A stretch of 63,884 nucleotides of DNA, filler included, from Vannella sp. (lineage: Eukaryota), in the NCBI GenBank assembly GCA_023345925.1. It is 7 parts of 7 records of this genome, joined end to end, with 100 filler letters (N's around TTAATTAATTAA, not from the genome) between each part and the next. Parts side by side here need not be neighbours in the genome. Positions count along the whole stretch, not along the records: positions 48,264 to 53,643 come from JAJQQN010000731.1; positions 53,744 to 58,459 come from JAJQQN010000891.1; positions 58,560 to 63,884 come from JAJQQN010001045.1; 4 more parts are not named here. One strand, given 5' to 3'. The notes below the pieces were generated by a model that was not told where the DNA came from, did not search any database, and saw only the letters and a program-made list of their open reading frames with translations. Positions 49,823-61,780 of this stretch are shown here, piece after piece (position 1 is the first letter of the stretch; each line of letters begins with the position of its first letter). Made by a program: the position numbers and the translations under genes.

Positions 49823-51547
49823 ATGGGAGGGAGGGTTGGGCGGGTTGGGCGGGTTGGCGCGGTCCTTTCTCGGAGGTTCTCCTCTGGAGCTGGGAGTGAG
49901 GCAGGGAAGAAGTCGAGGAGAGTACAACAGCGGGAACTCTCAGAGCGGAACGCAATCATCTCTCTCCTCTGCAAGCGCAACAACTTGGCCCAAGCTCGCG
50001 CGGCTTTTGACGTGATGTGCCGAGATGGGATCGCTCCTGATGCCGTCACGTACAACAACTTTATAAGTGTCTATTCTAGGACCAACGACATGGCCGCTGC
50101 CCTCACCACAGTCACGGAGATGAGGGCCAAAGGGGTCGCGCCCACCTCAGTTACCTACACCATCCTCCTGCAGGTTCTATGTGCCAATCAACGCTACAAG
50201 AATGCGTATCAGCTACTAGAGACCATGCGTGGAGAAGGAATCGAGCCTCCTCCTGCCAGCTTCAACGTGATCATCAAATCTCTTTGCAAACAAGGGAACC
50301 TGCAGGAAGCGCGTGCATTCCTTGAAAGGGCACAGAAAGAGGGCGCCAAGTTCGATGAGATAACCTATTCTATAGCAATCGAGGCCATGTGTGCGCGGGG
50401 ACGGCTAAAGGAAGCTTTTGAGGTTCTGAGTTACATGAGACTGGAAGGAAAGTCGCCCAATGTCATCACATACACCAGCCTTGTAAAAGCTCTATGCAAG
50501 AGAGACGTCGAAAGGGTTACAGAGGTTCTGGAAATGATGGAAAGTGACAGAATCCAACCCGATGTGGTCTTATACACAGTCATTATTGACTCCCTTTGCA
50601 AGGTCCGCCAGAGCGAGCAAGCTCTGGCTTTATTTAAGAATATGAGAGAAGAGGGAGTGATTCCTAATGCGCACACTTATAACGCTCTCCTCAAGTCACT
50701 TTCTTACGATGGCAAACTGAGCGAGCTTCAGCCCCTTCTGCAGCAAATGGTTGAAGACCGTGTTCAACCTGACAAAGTAACCTTTACAATCTTGATAGGT
50801 GCATACTTTCGAGAGAATCGCGAGGCAGAAGCCCTTGATTGTCTTGCACAAATGAAAAGTGCTGGTCATAAGCCAGAGGTTGTGACGTACTCTGTCATTA
50901 TTCAACACTTCTGCCGGAAAGGCTCTATTGATGATGCTCTTGATGTCCTCTCGATGATGCATGAAGATGGACCTTCTCCCACTCAAGTCATTTACAACCA
51001 GGTTATTGTCGCGCTATGCCGAGCAGCTCGAATGGATGAGGCACTTCAGTTGTTAAAAAGCATGAGGAGTAAACAGGTAGAGATTGATGTCCTCTCTACC
51101 AACCCTATCCTCTCCGGATTATGCAAAGCCAATAAGGTAGATGCAGCCATCGAGTTACTCCAGCAGACTGAAACTCCACGAGACATCGTCTCGTACAACA
51201 CTATCATTCACAATCTCTTCCAATTAGGAAGAGAAAAGGAGGCGTCTATTTGGTTCCAAGAGATGAGAGACCGTGGTATTGTACCAGATTCCATCACCTT
51301 TACCACCCTCTTAACCGCCCATTGTCGGAATTCAAGGTGTTCAGAAGCCTTCGAAGTCTATCAAGACATGAGAGCGCATCAATTGGTGCCTACCCTCAAA
51401 TCCCTGCATTCATTGATTAGCTTACTCTTACTCAAACAACATACTTCCCAAGCTCGCTCTATTTTCTGTGACATGGAGACATTGGACATCCAACTGGATC
51501 CAAAAACTCAAACTATCAAAGAAAACCTCTTGAAGGAGTCAAATTGA
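49823..51547 (+). CDS. P-class pentatricopeptide repeat protein, mitochondrial-type presequence
   Basis: Long run of canonical repeats (PDAVTYN, PNVITYTSL, PDVVLYT, PDSITFTTL). Confidence 0.95.
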   Translation: MGGRVGRVGRVGAVLSRRFSSGAGSEAGKKSRRVQQRELSERNAIISLLCKRNNLAQARAAFDVMCRDGIAPDAVTYNNFISVYSRTNDMAAALTTVTEMRAKGVAPTSVTYTILLQVLCANQRYKNAYQLLETMRGEGIEPPPASFNVIIKSLCKQGNLQEARAFLERAQKEGAKFDEITYSIAIEAMCARGRLKEAFEVLSYMRLEGKSPNVITYTSLVKALCKRDVERVTEVLEMMESDRIQPDVVLYTVIIDSLCKVRQSEQALALFKNMREEGVIPNAHTYNALLKSLSYDGKLSELQPLLQQMVEDRVQPDKVTFTILIGAYFRENREAEALDCLAQMKSAGHKPEVVTYSVIIQHFCRKGSIDDALDVLSMMHEDGPSPTQVIYNQVIVALCRAARMDEALQLLKSMRSKQVEIDVLSTNPILSGLCKANKVDAAIELLQQTETPRDIVSYNTIIHNLFQLGREKEASIWFQEMRDRGIVPDSITFTTLLTAHCRNSRCSEAFEVYQDMRAHQLVPTLKSLHSLISLLLLKQHTSQARSIFCDMETLDIQLDPKTQTIKENLLKESN

Positions 51548-51715
51548 CTCTTTCTCTGATAACCTGAACCATTCTTGGGAAAGTGCCCTTTTAACTATCA
51601 GAGAGGTGCGGTGGCATGTTAGACGCCGAGCCATTACAAGAAATGACTCGTTTTCCCTCACAGAGGAAGCCAGCGGACGCTACTTCTTAAAACAGACATT
51701 TAAACTGCTCCAGAA

Positions 51716-52333
51716 TCACTCTTCGAGGTCCTCTGCGGCAATGACGGGAACGGAAAAGTAGTTTCCAGTCATCTGGCCTTGATGACTGTTCTCTTTCATA
51801 GACTCTAGACTCTGAGAGATGGTGTCAGAGTCTGGGAGAGGAGAAAGGGGGAGGAATGGCGCACCCAAGGAGGAGCAAACTGGTGTTCGGTCACTTCGAG
51901 ACCAGGTCTGCACCGGATAGGCTGATCTACAGGACTGATCATTCCTAATACCTTTCCTGATTCCTTCTCCCACTCTGATAAGCGAAAGCAGTGAGGGGAA
52001 ACGTCCACCCGACTGATGGACGAGGAGCAATCGATGATCTTTTGCACTCCCTTGATCGTCTGGCTCCCTCTCAGTACTCTGATGAAAGCTACCACTCGAA
52101 GCCACCACCTACGCTCTCAGATACATCCGTGGAGAGCTTGGCAAGGGCTGCGCACTGTTCGATCTCCTCCCGATTCACTGTTCGCTCACTCTGCGCCAGC
52201 GCTAGTTCACGTATGGACCAAGAAGGCCCCGATGGGAACTACCAGACGTGTCAGTATCCCTTGTACACCCTCTCATCCACCTAACTGAGGAGAACCGAGA
52301 CGTCAACAGCCAGACCGACCTCCCTCGAAGCAT
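51716..52333 (-). CDS. GATC: Mitochondrial Glu-tRNA(Gln) amidotransferase subunit C-like, 3 introns
   Basis: Spliced reading MLRGRSVWLLTSRFSS|FPSGPSWSIREL...VNREEIEQCAALAKL...|TIKGVQKIID..ISRVD...|SLESMKENS...GNYFSVP follows the GatC pattern. Confidence 0.6.
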
Positions 52334-52370
52334 GGAAGGAGCAAATGAAGTGTTAGAAGGCTTTCATTTC

Positions 52371-53137
52371 ATGTTGGCTCTTCGCTGTGGCCCGCAACGG
52401 CTCTTGCGACCCGCTTTGGTGTCCTTTCGAGGCTTTGGGGAGGCGAAGGAGACTGATCACGCTGTGGAGGGCGGGGCTGTGGGTGGGAAGGGCGCATGGG
52501 AAGGAGGTAAAGGAATGAAACAGATCCACTTTGCTCTGTCGTCTCCGGAGGGACATCGGAACACTTATGACTTGGAGGCGTACCTTCGGGACCATACGGA
52601 CGTCGTTCCTGTCCATATCAGTGCCCTTGTGAGCCTATCACCTACTTCTGGACGTTATGCATGCAAGGAATGGGCCGTGGATGTCAGTGGAGCCCAGGAC
52701 TACGAGAAGTTGCTCTTGCTGTCTCGGAAACCTGATATCTACCGTGTTAACCGAGTACGCACTACCCTTGACCCCTTCTACGTGTGTTATACTATGCTTC
52801 CGTACCTTACCTCGTTGTAGGGCTACAAGCGACACCAAATCATCCGCTCTCCGAAGAGTTCCGTTCTGTTATCGGGCTTGCCGTACGACTTTGCGACGAA
52901 GCAAGAACTCCAGGCTCTGTTTGGAGCTTACAAGATTGTCCAGTCCAAGCTACTGGGGTGCGCGTGCCTCTCGCGCTGTGCAATGTCTAATAGTGATGCA
53001 GAGAGAGTTCCTGCTTCCCCAAGAAGACAACGGAGTGGGTCTTGAGCTTCCAGACAGAGGTAGAAGCTCTCACATTTGAATTGGAGCAGTCTGGAAGACT
53101 GGTGGGAGGACGCAAACTGTATGCCTCAACGCTCTAA
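52371..53137 (+). CDS. RRM-domain protein with mitochondrial-type presequence, 2 introns
   Basis: MLALRCGPQRLLR; spliced VLLSGLPYDFATKQELQALF (RNP2) and WVLSFQTEVEA...GRLVGGRKLY. Confidence 0.6.
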
Positions 53138-53643
53138 CCGCATTTGGCAAAAAACGCACTTTTCCCAATTTAGAGAGTTCTCATCTTCAAAGTACTGCAC
53201 ATTGTCCTAGTGTTATGAAAGGAGCTTCTTTCACCTGTGCTATCATTAGCGTTAGGACATTATCAGAGTGGGAAGACTGGATAAGTGTATTAATGTTGGT
53301 TTGTGTCTGATAGGATGTTCGATTATTGGAGGTTGGTGTTCATTTGAAGGTAGCACCTGCAATATCAAGTCTTGCTCCTAAGACAGCTTTACTGAATGAC
53401 ATTGCAGCTCCCTCAGCGGACTGAGGCTTGTTGTGAAACATTTCGTGGAAGGCAGTGTCAACGTAACTCGCAATGTAACTTTGAATGGCCCACTCGATGT
53501 TCCTTCAGCCCAGAGAACCAGATCTTGAGCCTTGTTGACAATCAGGAATCGCTTGAACTTGACTTGTGACAATAGCGTACTTGTCTGGCTCAGGCTTCAT
53601 TTTTTAGAGGACAAATGGTCCCCTGGAGCCGGAGGAGAGAGGG

Positions 53644-53743
53644 NNNNNNNNNNNNNNNNNNNNNNNNNNNNNNNNNNNNNNNNNNNNTTAATTAATTAAN
53701 NNNNNNNNNNNNNNNNNNNNNNNNNNNNNNNNNNNNNNNNNNN
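53644..53743. other. Artificial contig spacer
   Basis: N44-TTAATTAATTAA-N44. Confidence 0.99.
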
Positions 53744-53745
53744 AG

Positions 53746-54567
53746 GTCTGCTCTGCCATCGAAGCCTACCAAGCACAGGAAGCCAAGGCGGCCACCAACC
53801 AGGATGAAGCGGAGCACGATCTAGCTGGAGCGCCAGCTCCCGTAGAACGTGAGCTCTTTGGCCCAACCCTTCAACAGCTGATTGCCACTGCTGGTATCGA
53901 CATGGGAGAGCTCAACACTGCCTCTTTGTATGGCCTGATTAAGTCGCTTCCCATGAAGTACAGCAACCGCCTTCGAGGCAAGTGCCCTTCTCGGTGGCCA
54001 AAGAAGATTCGGCGCCTTACTCAGAAGGTCGCTTCTCGTCTCAGCCTGCCCGTAGATCTGCTGATGGAGGAGGTAGAGTACGTCCTTGCTACTCTACCTC
54101 TCTCTGCTGCGGCCCTTGATGGTGACCGCAAGCGCCGCTGTGGAAGAGTGCAACGAGAAGAGGCCAAGCAAGAGCAGAACACAGGAGTGCCAGAGAACTT
54201 GATCGTCCACGCTGCCACGTGCGACAAGTGCACCACTACCATTCGTGGAATCCGCTACAAGTGCCTGCTGTGCCCTGACTTCGACTTGTGCGCCACTTGC
54301 GAGGAATCCAACACAGACGAACCCTTCCACCAAGAGGATCACGTCTTCGCCAAGCTCCTTACTCACCAAGCTTTCTGGACTGTGTCGCGTTTGATGAACC
54401 AGCCAAACACCCGTTGCACGGGCCTCTTCCAACGCACTGTCTTCCAACGTCCCGCCCTTCCAACCCCTGTACTTAACAGCTTCGACGAGCGACGTCAAAG
54501 AGTCACCGCTCTTGAAGAATCTGTCAAATCTCTCCAGGAGCAAGTCGCCAAGCTAATGGCAGAGTGA
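53746..54567 (+). CDS. ZZ-type zinc finger protein with C-terminal coiled coil (probably 5' truncated)
   Basis: HAATCDKCTTTIRGIRYKCLLCPDFDLCATCE...H...H; frame is open back to the contig edge. Confidence 0.85.
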   Translation, partial: VCSAIEAYQAQEAKAATNQDEAEHDLAGAPAPVERELFGPTLQQLIATAGIDMGELNTASLYGLIKSLPMKYSNRLRGKCPSRWPKKIRRLTQKVASRLSLPVDLLMEEVEYVLATLPLSAAALDGDRKRRCGRVQREEAKQEQNTGVPENLIVHAATCDKCTTTIRGIRYKCLLCPDFDLCATCEESNTDEPFHQEDHVFAKLLTHQAFWTVSRLMNQPNTRCTGLFQRTVFQRPALPTPVLNSFDERRQRVTALEESVKSLQEQVAKLMAE

Positions 54568-55262
54568 AACTAAACTGGCCTCAATCTCCCTTTCTTCCCT
54601 CTTTTGTTTTGTTCTCCTCGCCACCACAAAACTGCTGGTTTGTGATCATTCAGAAGGTAAGGGAACGATCTCTCCTTCAACTGCTGCACAAATGAACGCC
54701 AACCTCAATGCCAGCAAGAGATGGGGCTTGCACTTTCAGTCGAGAGACTTCGCAATAGCCTGGAACTCACCGTGATTCTGCCAGAAGGCGTCCCCTCGCT
54801 CTTGGTGAGATTATCCGATACCTCCTCAGGTCTTCTTCCTATTGATGATCCCCAAACTCGTCCCTCTTCAGGTCTTCTTCCTATGGGCGATCCCCCAGAC
54901 CGCCAAAAGGAAGAACTTTCGGCTTGTTGCGAATGCCCTGTGATACGTGGTGATCGTGAAGAGATGCTGCGCTCTCTGAGTGGGTAGAATGGAGATTCTC
55001 GTACCATAAACACGCGTTCTCCTTCTGAGCCCAAGCAAAAGTGTCTTCTGGCGAACAACCTTGTGCAGACAACTCTTTGAATGCCCAAAGAGTGATCCAA
55101 ACAGACCCTTCAGGCCAAACCATCACCCTGAATGACTTTGGGATGCTCTCTGATGTTGTCAGACCACTCCACGTCCTGTTACGCTGTACCAAGCTGTCTA
55201 ATAGAGACAAAAGGAGACACACACAGAGAGAGAAGCTCGTTCTGTCATTCATTGGGAAGGGG

Positions 55263-57663
55263 ATGGGAGAGGTGGCAACCCTTCGTCGCCAATTGGGACA
55301 GGCTTCCGCGCAGCGAGACTTTCGGGCGCAGAAAGAGCTTGTTAGACGTGTCTGTATGATAATGACGCAAGGAGCTGATGTATCTGCCCTGTTTCCAGAC
55401 ATGATCATGGTGAGGCGTCATTCCCTCCGCTCTTTTACCTTGTTCTGATGGAGACTGGTCATGGGAAGGCTTCAAACACAACGGATATCGTTCAAAAGAA
55501 GCTGGTGTACATGTTCTTGAGCCACACTTCACGGCAGAAGGCAAACCAGCTTCCGGCGCTCCTCTGCATCAGCACTCTGCAACGGGACGCGCGCCACAGC
55601 AATCCTTTCGTGCGTGGCATGGCCCTGCGTGCACTCTCTTCATTGGGAGTTGCAGAGCTGATCGAATACTCCCTCCCAGCAGTCCTTCAAGGTTTCCAAG
55701 ATCCCGCACCTTACGTACGCAAGATTGCCGCGGTTGCCGCAGCCAAGCTAGCGCAAACAGCTTCAGTAACAGTACAAGGTATCTAGGTACCTACTTATGA
55801 GCTCCCAAACTCAACCCTAGACTCTAGAATCAAGCATTGTCGACTCCCTCTACGATCTGTTGAAGGATCCGGACGCTGCGGTCGTAGCGAACGCGATTAG
55901 CGCTTTAGAAGACATCCTTAAGGACGAAGGAGGTATGGCAACCAGTCCAGCGTTGATAAGACATCTCCTTTCTCGTCTTGGAGAGTTCAATGAGTGGCAC
56001 CAGATCCTCGTTCTTCGGATTGTCCACCGAGACTACGCTCCTACGCAGGATGAAGTGTTTCAGCTGATGGTATGGTCATAGCGAAGCATTCTATCATGCT
56101 AATAGAGCCTGATAGAATCTCCTGGATGAGTTACTGTTCCACATGAACCACGCTGTCTTCTTTTCTGTGACTTCCTTGTTCCTGAAGTACACGCAATCTA
56201 CTCCAAGTGTTTATCAAGATGTATTACTAAGGCTCCGTGGTCCTCTGCTCAATCTGCTGAGCTGTGGGCCGGAAGTGGTGTTTGATGCTGTAAGATACAT
56301 CGATTTGCTTCTGGACCGGGCTCCAGGGATGTTTGAAAACGACTTCAAGCAGTTCTATCCTCTTGTCAATGATCCAGAGTACCTGGTCCAAGCCAAGGTT
56401 CAGGTTTTAGGGAGAATTGCAGCGGAATGGAGCGCTCCATTTATTATTGATGAGTTGAGCTGTGTTTGTGTGGAGCATCCCAAAGCGTCTTCAGAATCCC
56501 TCCTTGTGCTAAGTGACTTGACGGTTTGCTATCCGGCTGTTGTGGAGCAAACATTCCGGCTCTTGCTGGAGCTTTTACTTCTTCAGACCGACGAACTCAC
56601 CTCTGGATGTCTCTGTGTAATAGCTGACCTCCTTAGGAAATACCCAACGGAAGGTGTGGATGTGGTGACAGCGTGTAAGCTATCTCTTGAATCGTCAAAT
56701 ACGCTTGAAAGTGTGAATGGACAAAACGCAGCTATTTGGATGTTAGGAGAGTTTGGCGAACAGATAGCGACAGCTCCCTACGTTCTCGAGAGTTTTTTGG
56801 ATGGATTCGAGGGTCTGGACTCTTCCACTTGGCTCGTCCTTCTTGTTGCTTGTCTGAAACTCTTTGGAAAGAGGCCGGCAGAGTGTCAACCAATTCTGGG
56901 TGACTTAGTTGCCCTCTGTTTGGAGCAAAACAAAGACTTGCAGGTCAAGTATCTGGCTGCTTTTTACTACAAACTTCTCTCCAATGATGTGAGAAAGGCT
57001 TTGGCAGTAATCAGCCGATCGAAAGACCCAATCGGCATCTTTGTTGGGAATCAGCGGGACAGTGTTCTTTCTGACCAACTGTTTGAAGAGTTTGATAGTC
57101 TGGCAGTTATTTACAGGAAGCCGAGTGCTTCATTCCCCCATTCTAATCTTCCAAAAGATCAATTTGATGCAGACAGTGAAGAGGAAGAGGAAGAGGAAGA
57201 AGGAACAATCACAGAAGTAGCTGCTCCTACTTTAAGCTCTCTGCTGGAGTCTTCTCGAGTATCTCTTGATACTAAGACGCCTTCTCCCCAGTCACATTAT
57301 GCCGAACTTTTACCAAAGGATCAGGCTCTGCTGCGGCCTCAAGATTTTGAGAGTCTCTGGGGAAGTCTTTCATTGGCGCACCAAAGGCATTTCTCGCTTT
57401 CCTTGCCAGGAACTGAAATTGAACGATTTTTGGAAAGTATTTGCTGTTTCGTCTTGGCTTCCGGACAAACAGCCACAACGTTCAAGATTTACGCCTATGC
57501 CGCTCTATCAGATTCTTCAGGAACTCTCCAGAGACTTTTAGTAGAGTTGGAAGTCACCAATACTCAGAGAGCTACCCTCACCATCAAGAGCAGCCTTCCA
57601 TCATCTGATGGAGAGATCATTTCTTCCTTTGGAGACCGCATTGCTGGAATGTCCATTCCCTAA
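55263..57663 (+). CDS. AP4B1: Adaptor complex beta subunit, most like AP-4 beta, spliced
   Basis: GEVATLR...MTQGADVSALF, DIVQKKLVY, NPFVRGMALRAL, PYVRKIA, WMLGEFG, short appendage domain. Confidence 0.8.
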
Positions 57664-58459
57664 ACCACCGAAAAGGCTCAGATCTTTCGTTTAGTCGGCT
57701 TCGCAGTTTCTGTTGGGCAAAAGGAAAGAGTGAAATGTGTTCTTATTGCACACTTCAGTCTCACAGCCTTACGAGATGAGATTCTTGCCATTGTGGGCTC
57801 CACACGCAGGTACCTTGGGAACGGCTTCTCCATCTGAGATGCGACTTTGCGCTCACAGTGATTCCTTTCTCGTTGGGGGCTAGACTGTTGGTTGGTAAGT
57901 GAAGCATAGAGCCCATGCTGAGGGAAAGCTCTCATGATACGACCAACTGGTGCGGCTTCCAGATCACTGGGGATGGCTTTAACCTCCCCTGTAAGGTGAT
58001 CCCTGCAGAGAAGAACTTCTGGATCTTCTTCATCATGGCTGCAAGCAAGCACTCGCTTCCATGAAGAGAGGCTGAACGAACAAGAGAAGTTCCCTCTTCG
58101 TCCTGATGCGGGTCGTTGAGGACGGCTTCAGATACAATGAGAGTCCAAGCAGCACTCAATCTCCAGTCACTGGGTGCTGAACAGTGGTCCTGGACTCGCC
58201 GTGTCAGTACAAGCTATCAGCATGATGACGGCCGAGGTCCAACATTGATAGGCAATAGCTTAGAACAGGCGTGTGAGCCTCCACCACACTGTGGCCATGC
58301 CAACTGGTGTTGCGCCATGAATCAAAGGAGGATCCTTCCCATGACAACCGAAAGGGATCCCAGCACTTACCCAATCAGATAGGACTGGGGGCCAGTCTAT
58401 GAGTGTGGAAGACGCCAATGATAACGAAACCTCGTGGTCAAGGCTGTGAGGAGAGAGGA

Positions 58460-58559
58460 NNNNNNNNNNNNNNNNNNNNNNNNNNNNNNNNNNNNNNNNN
58501 NNNTTAATTAATTAANNNNNNNNNNNNNNNNNNNNNNNNNNNNNNNNNNNNNNNNNNNN
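58460..58559. other. Artificial contig spacer
   Basis: N44-TTAATTAATTAA-N44. Confidence 0.99.
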
Positions 58560-58782
58560 AAAGGTGTCAGTCCCCAATGCCTCCGAGCTCAACCACGCAC
58601 CCCTCCGCATCCTTGACCACCACAAACTCCTCCCATAGACCTCTCACACGTCGATAAGACTTGTGAAGGCTCCAGCGGTACCGAACAAGGTTCATCCAAA
58701 CACACCACCAAACAATGGCACTTTGGCCAATCAATCAATCAATTGTGATTTTAAAAGTCTGGTTCATCGGAAAAGGAGGAAA

Positions 58783-60463
58783 TTAAAGCTTGGAAGGGGC
58801 AAAACGCTGTTCGAGGGACTTGCGCAGTTTCATGATGGAAAGGGCGACTCCAGCTTGGGGGTGGATCATCATGGAGATGGGGCAACATGTTGGGGACGAT
58901 TGGAGGACGTAGTCCACTGCGTCTGCGCAGTCACTGCATTGGATGAGGAGATGAGCGGGAAGGTTCTCCACGGGACCCTTTTTGGTGCCCAAGTCGGTGT
59001 TGACAAGGCCAGGGCATATGGTGCTCACTTTGATACCCAAGTGGCGGATATCTTCAAATAGTCCGCCGACGAAGCCGTTCACAGCGTGCTTGGTGCCGTA
59101 GTAAGGAGCTACACCAGCAAGACCGGGTTGGAGAACGACAGAAGAGGAAATATAGATTACTGCCCGTGGTCCTTCTGTGTTCTGAGCAATGTAGGGTACT
59201 GCTGCGCGGGTTGCTTGGATAGCAGCACGGAAATTAGTGTCGATGATGCTATCCCAGACGTCACCACTGGCAGAGAGAGTGCTGCAACGTCTATTGACTC
59301 CAGCATTGTTAATGAGCACGTTGATGTTGCCCAGCTGCTCTACGCAGAGCTTAACCATCTCTTCTAAGGCCTGGTTGTTGGTGAGATCCGTAGGCAAGAC
59401 GATGACTTTGACGCCATGCTTCCGACAATCCTCCGCTGTTTCCTCTAAAGCAGCCTTCCCACGGGCCACAAGAGCCAGATCATATCCCTGTTGTGCTAAG
59501 CGCTCAGCAATGACTTTTCCGATCCCTTTGCTGGCGCCAGTGATCAAAGCCACGCGCTTATTCGGGTTGATTGGAGTGGCTGGGATTGGGAAAGGCCGCT
59601 TATCAGTGAAGCGGGTCAACTCAGTGATGTGTTGCTTCTGAGAGTAAAGAGTGAGTTCACATGTGCAGCAAGTGCTGCCTCCATTGATCACAAACATGGC
59701 CCCATCCACGACGTCGTCGACTTGGAGCATCTCCGAGGGGGAGATGTCATGATACGGTCCGAAATCTCGGTTGAGCTGCTCTCCCATACCACTGTTGATG
59801 ATGGTAGGGTAAATGGTAGACACCTTGATGCCTCTTTCACGCAGATCTTCGAACACGCTGCGAGCAAAGCCATCCAGAGCAAGCTGGGATGCAAATTAGG
59901 TGGGAAGCGCAAGTTGTTAGGAAGCTCACCTTTGTAGTTGTGTATGTTGCCATCCCAGGAAGTCCTAATTGCTTCGAAATCGAGCTCCCAATGAAGATAA
60001 TCGCTCCTCGTGAGTGCTTCCTCCCCATGTGAGGCGCACAGAAGCGAGTGGCGTGGATTGTGGCACGTAGATTGACGTTCAGGATTCTGTCGATGTCTAA
60101 GGTAGAACAGGCGTTAGAATTGGAGGCAGCCTGAGAGAGTGGGGCCCACAGACCTTCCAATGTGACATGTTCAATGGGAGCCATGACTTGGTACGCTGCA
60201 GCGCAAACGAGAACATCTATCGAGCCTAAACTCTTCACTGTATCCAAAACAGCCTCTTGAAGGAGGCTTGAGTTCACAATGTCGAGAGCAAAGGGCAGAA
60301 CAGTGGCGCCCGCCTTCCTGCAGAGATCCGCCGCTTTCTCCAACGAAGCTGCCGAACGAGCCACCAAGGCAAGGTTATACCCTTCTTTTGCTAAGCGTTG
60401 TGCCATGCCAAGGCCGACACCTCGACTTCCTCCCAAGATGAACGCCACCGGCTTCTCTGTCAT
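58783..60463 (-). CDS. Tandem double short-chain dehydrogenase/reductase with PTS1 (SKL), spliced
   Basis: GGSRGVG...YTTTK and TGASKGIG...NNAG...YYGTK; ends in SKL. Confidence 0.88.
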
Positions 60464-60756
60464 AAAGGGCTCTGAACAATAGAATAATAATGCAGAGAAT
60501 ATCAAAGACTCAAGGCAATTCTTAACTGCAATCTTGCCACCCGAATTTTCAAACCCCTTTTCCAAGTGTTCGGCAACCATTCCAGAGATTTTCCGAAAGT
60601 TAGCGCGAATGGTGAAGGACTGACTTTTTGGGAAATACTGCTCGCAGGAACGAAGTACAAGGTTGGTCCGACCAATCGCTAACGGCCGCCTGGGAAAATC
60701 CACGACGTTCACGGCACTTCCTAAGGAAGCTTCATTCTGTTTCCTCCGACAACGAG

Positions 60757-61572
60757 ATGCCAGCGATGTTTGGTACACTCCCAAAAAGACACAATACGAT
60801 AGGCAAAGAACTCAAGATCCTCCAAGGTATCCAAACGGGTGGATCTGGTACCATTTACTTGGCAGAGTACATCCCTCAAGCGCTTCAAGTGGTGGTTAAG
60901 ATCGTTCCTTTCCGATCAGAACAAGTCAGAGAACGCTTTCTAAGCGAAGCGAAAGTCTCCCAGCTCCTAAGTGGGTATGAGAGCATTGTTACCACCTATG
61001 ATACCTTCGAGGAGGGATCATGTGGATGTATTGTCATGGAGTCAATGCAAGAGGATCTCCTGGAGGCCATCCCACGCCTGCTAACCGAAAAGGAGATGAA
61101 AAAAGTCTTCCGACAAGTCGTCCAAGCCATTGCTGTTTGCCACGACCACGGGATCGCTCACATGGACATCAAACCTGAAAACGTACTCCTTGATAACGAT
61201 GGAAACGCAAAGTTGTGTGACTTTGGCTATGCATGCAGTTTCGACGCCCCTCCTCATGCCTACGAGACAGGCACCATCCTTTACAACGCTCCTGAAATAA
61301 GGACAGATCACTCCTTCGACAGAGAAGCTGCTGATGTGTGGAGCTTAGGCGTTCTCCTCTACGTACTTCTCACGGGCAACTTCCCTTACCCAGGAGACAA
61401 CTTGGACGAGGTTCTCTCCAACCTTCACAAGAAACACTTCTTCTTTGGTGACCTCGAACAGCAAAAGAGGAGCAAGGAAGCGTGCAACCTCGTGAAGAGA
61501 ATCCTCGTTCTCCTCCCCAAAGCTCGTCCGAGCGCTCACGAGGTCCTCTCAGACCCTTGGCTCGCGTGTTAA
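60757..61572 (+). CDS. Ser/Thr kinase, CAMK-like, intronless
   Basis: VVVK, HMDIKPEN, DFG, YNAPE, DVWSLG. Confidence 0.9.
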   Translation: MPAMFGTLPKRHNTIGKELKILQGIQTGGSGTIYLAEYIPQALQVVVKIVPFRSEQVRERFLSEAKVSQLLSGYESIVTTYDTFEEGSCGCIVMESMQEDLLEAIPRLLTEKEMKKVFRQVVQAIAVCHDHGIAHMDIKPENVLLDNDGNAKLCDFGYACSFDAPPHAYETGTILYNAPEIRTDHSFDREAADVWSLGVLLYVLLTGNFPYPGDNLDEVLSNLHKKHFFFGDLEQQKRSKEACNLVKRILVLLPKARPSAHEVLSDPWLAC

Positions 61573-61780
61573 TGCCTACCCTGTAAACCAACCAAACTTG
61601 TTATTATAAAAATAAATATTTTACTGAAACCAATCTCCATAGCGGGTTCGGTCAAAAACTCAACATGTGTTAATTACACAATAAATACGAGGGACACGCT
61701 TCCTCCTTCGGACGAAGGAGAAGGGGCACATTCATAAGAGAAGAGAGCAGCACCAGATTCTCATTCACTGCTAGCCCTTC

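Noticed and set aside
53190..53600. Minus-strand reading MKPEPDKY... interrupted by two in-frame TGA (recoding or selenocysteine?)
   Set aside because: No recognisable family, and TGA is a normal stop in many genes here; probably a decayed fragment
54821..54904. Two-copy tandem duplication of about 42 nt (SSGLLP.DP)
   Set aside because: Real but short, with no supported gene context
57678..58459. Short minus-strand ORFs at the contig end, including a GVFHTH MPN-like hexamer
   Set aside because: The motif is bounded by stops and no coherent model could be built
7176..58559. Six identical TTAATTAATTAA palindromes in N runs
   Set aside because: Concatenation linkers with stops in all frames; not biological and not CRISPR
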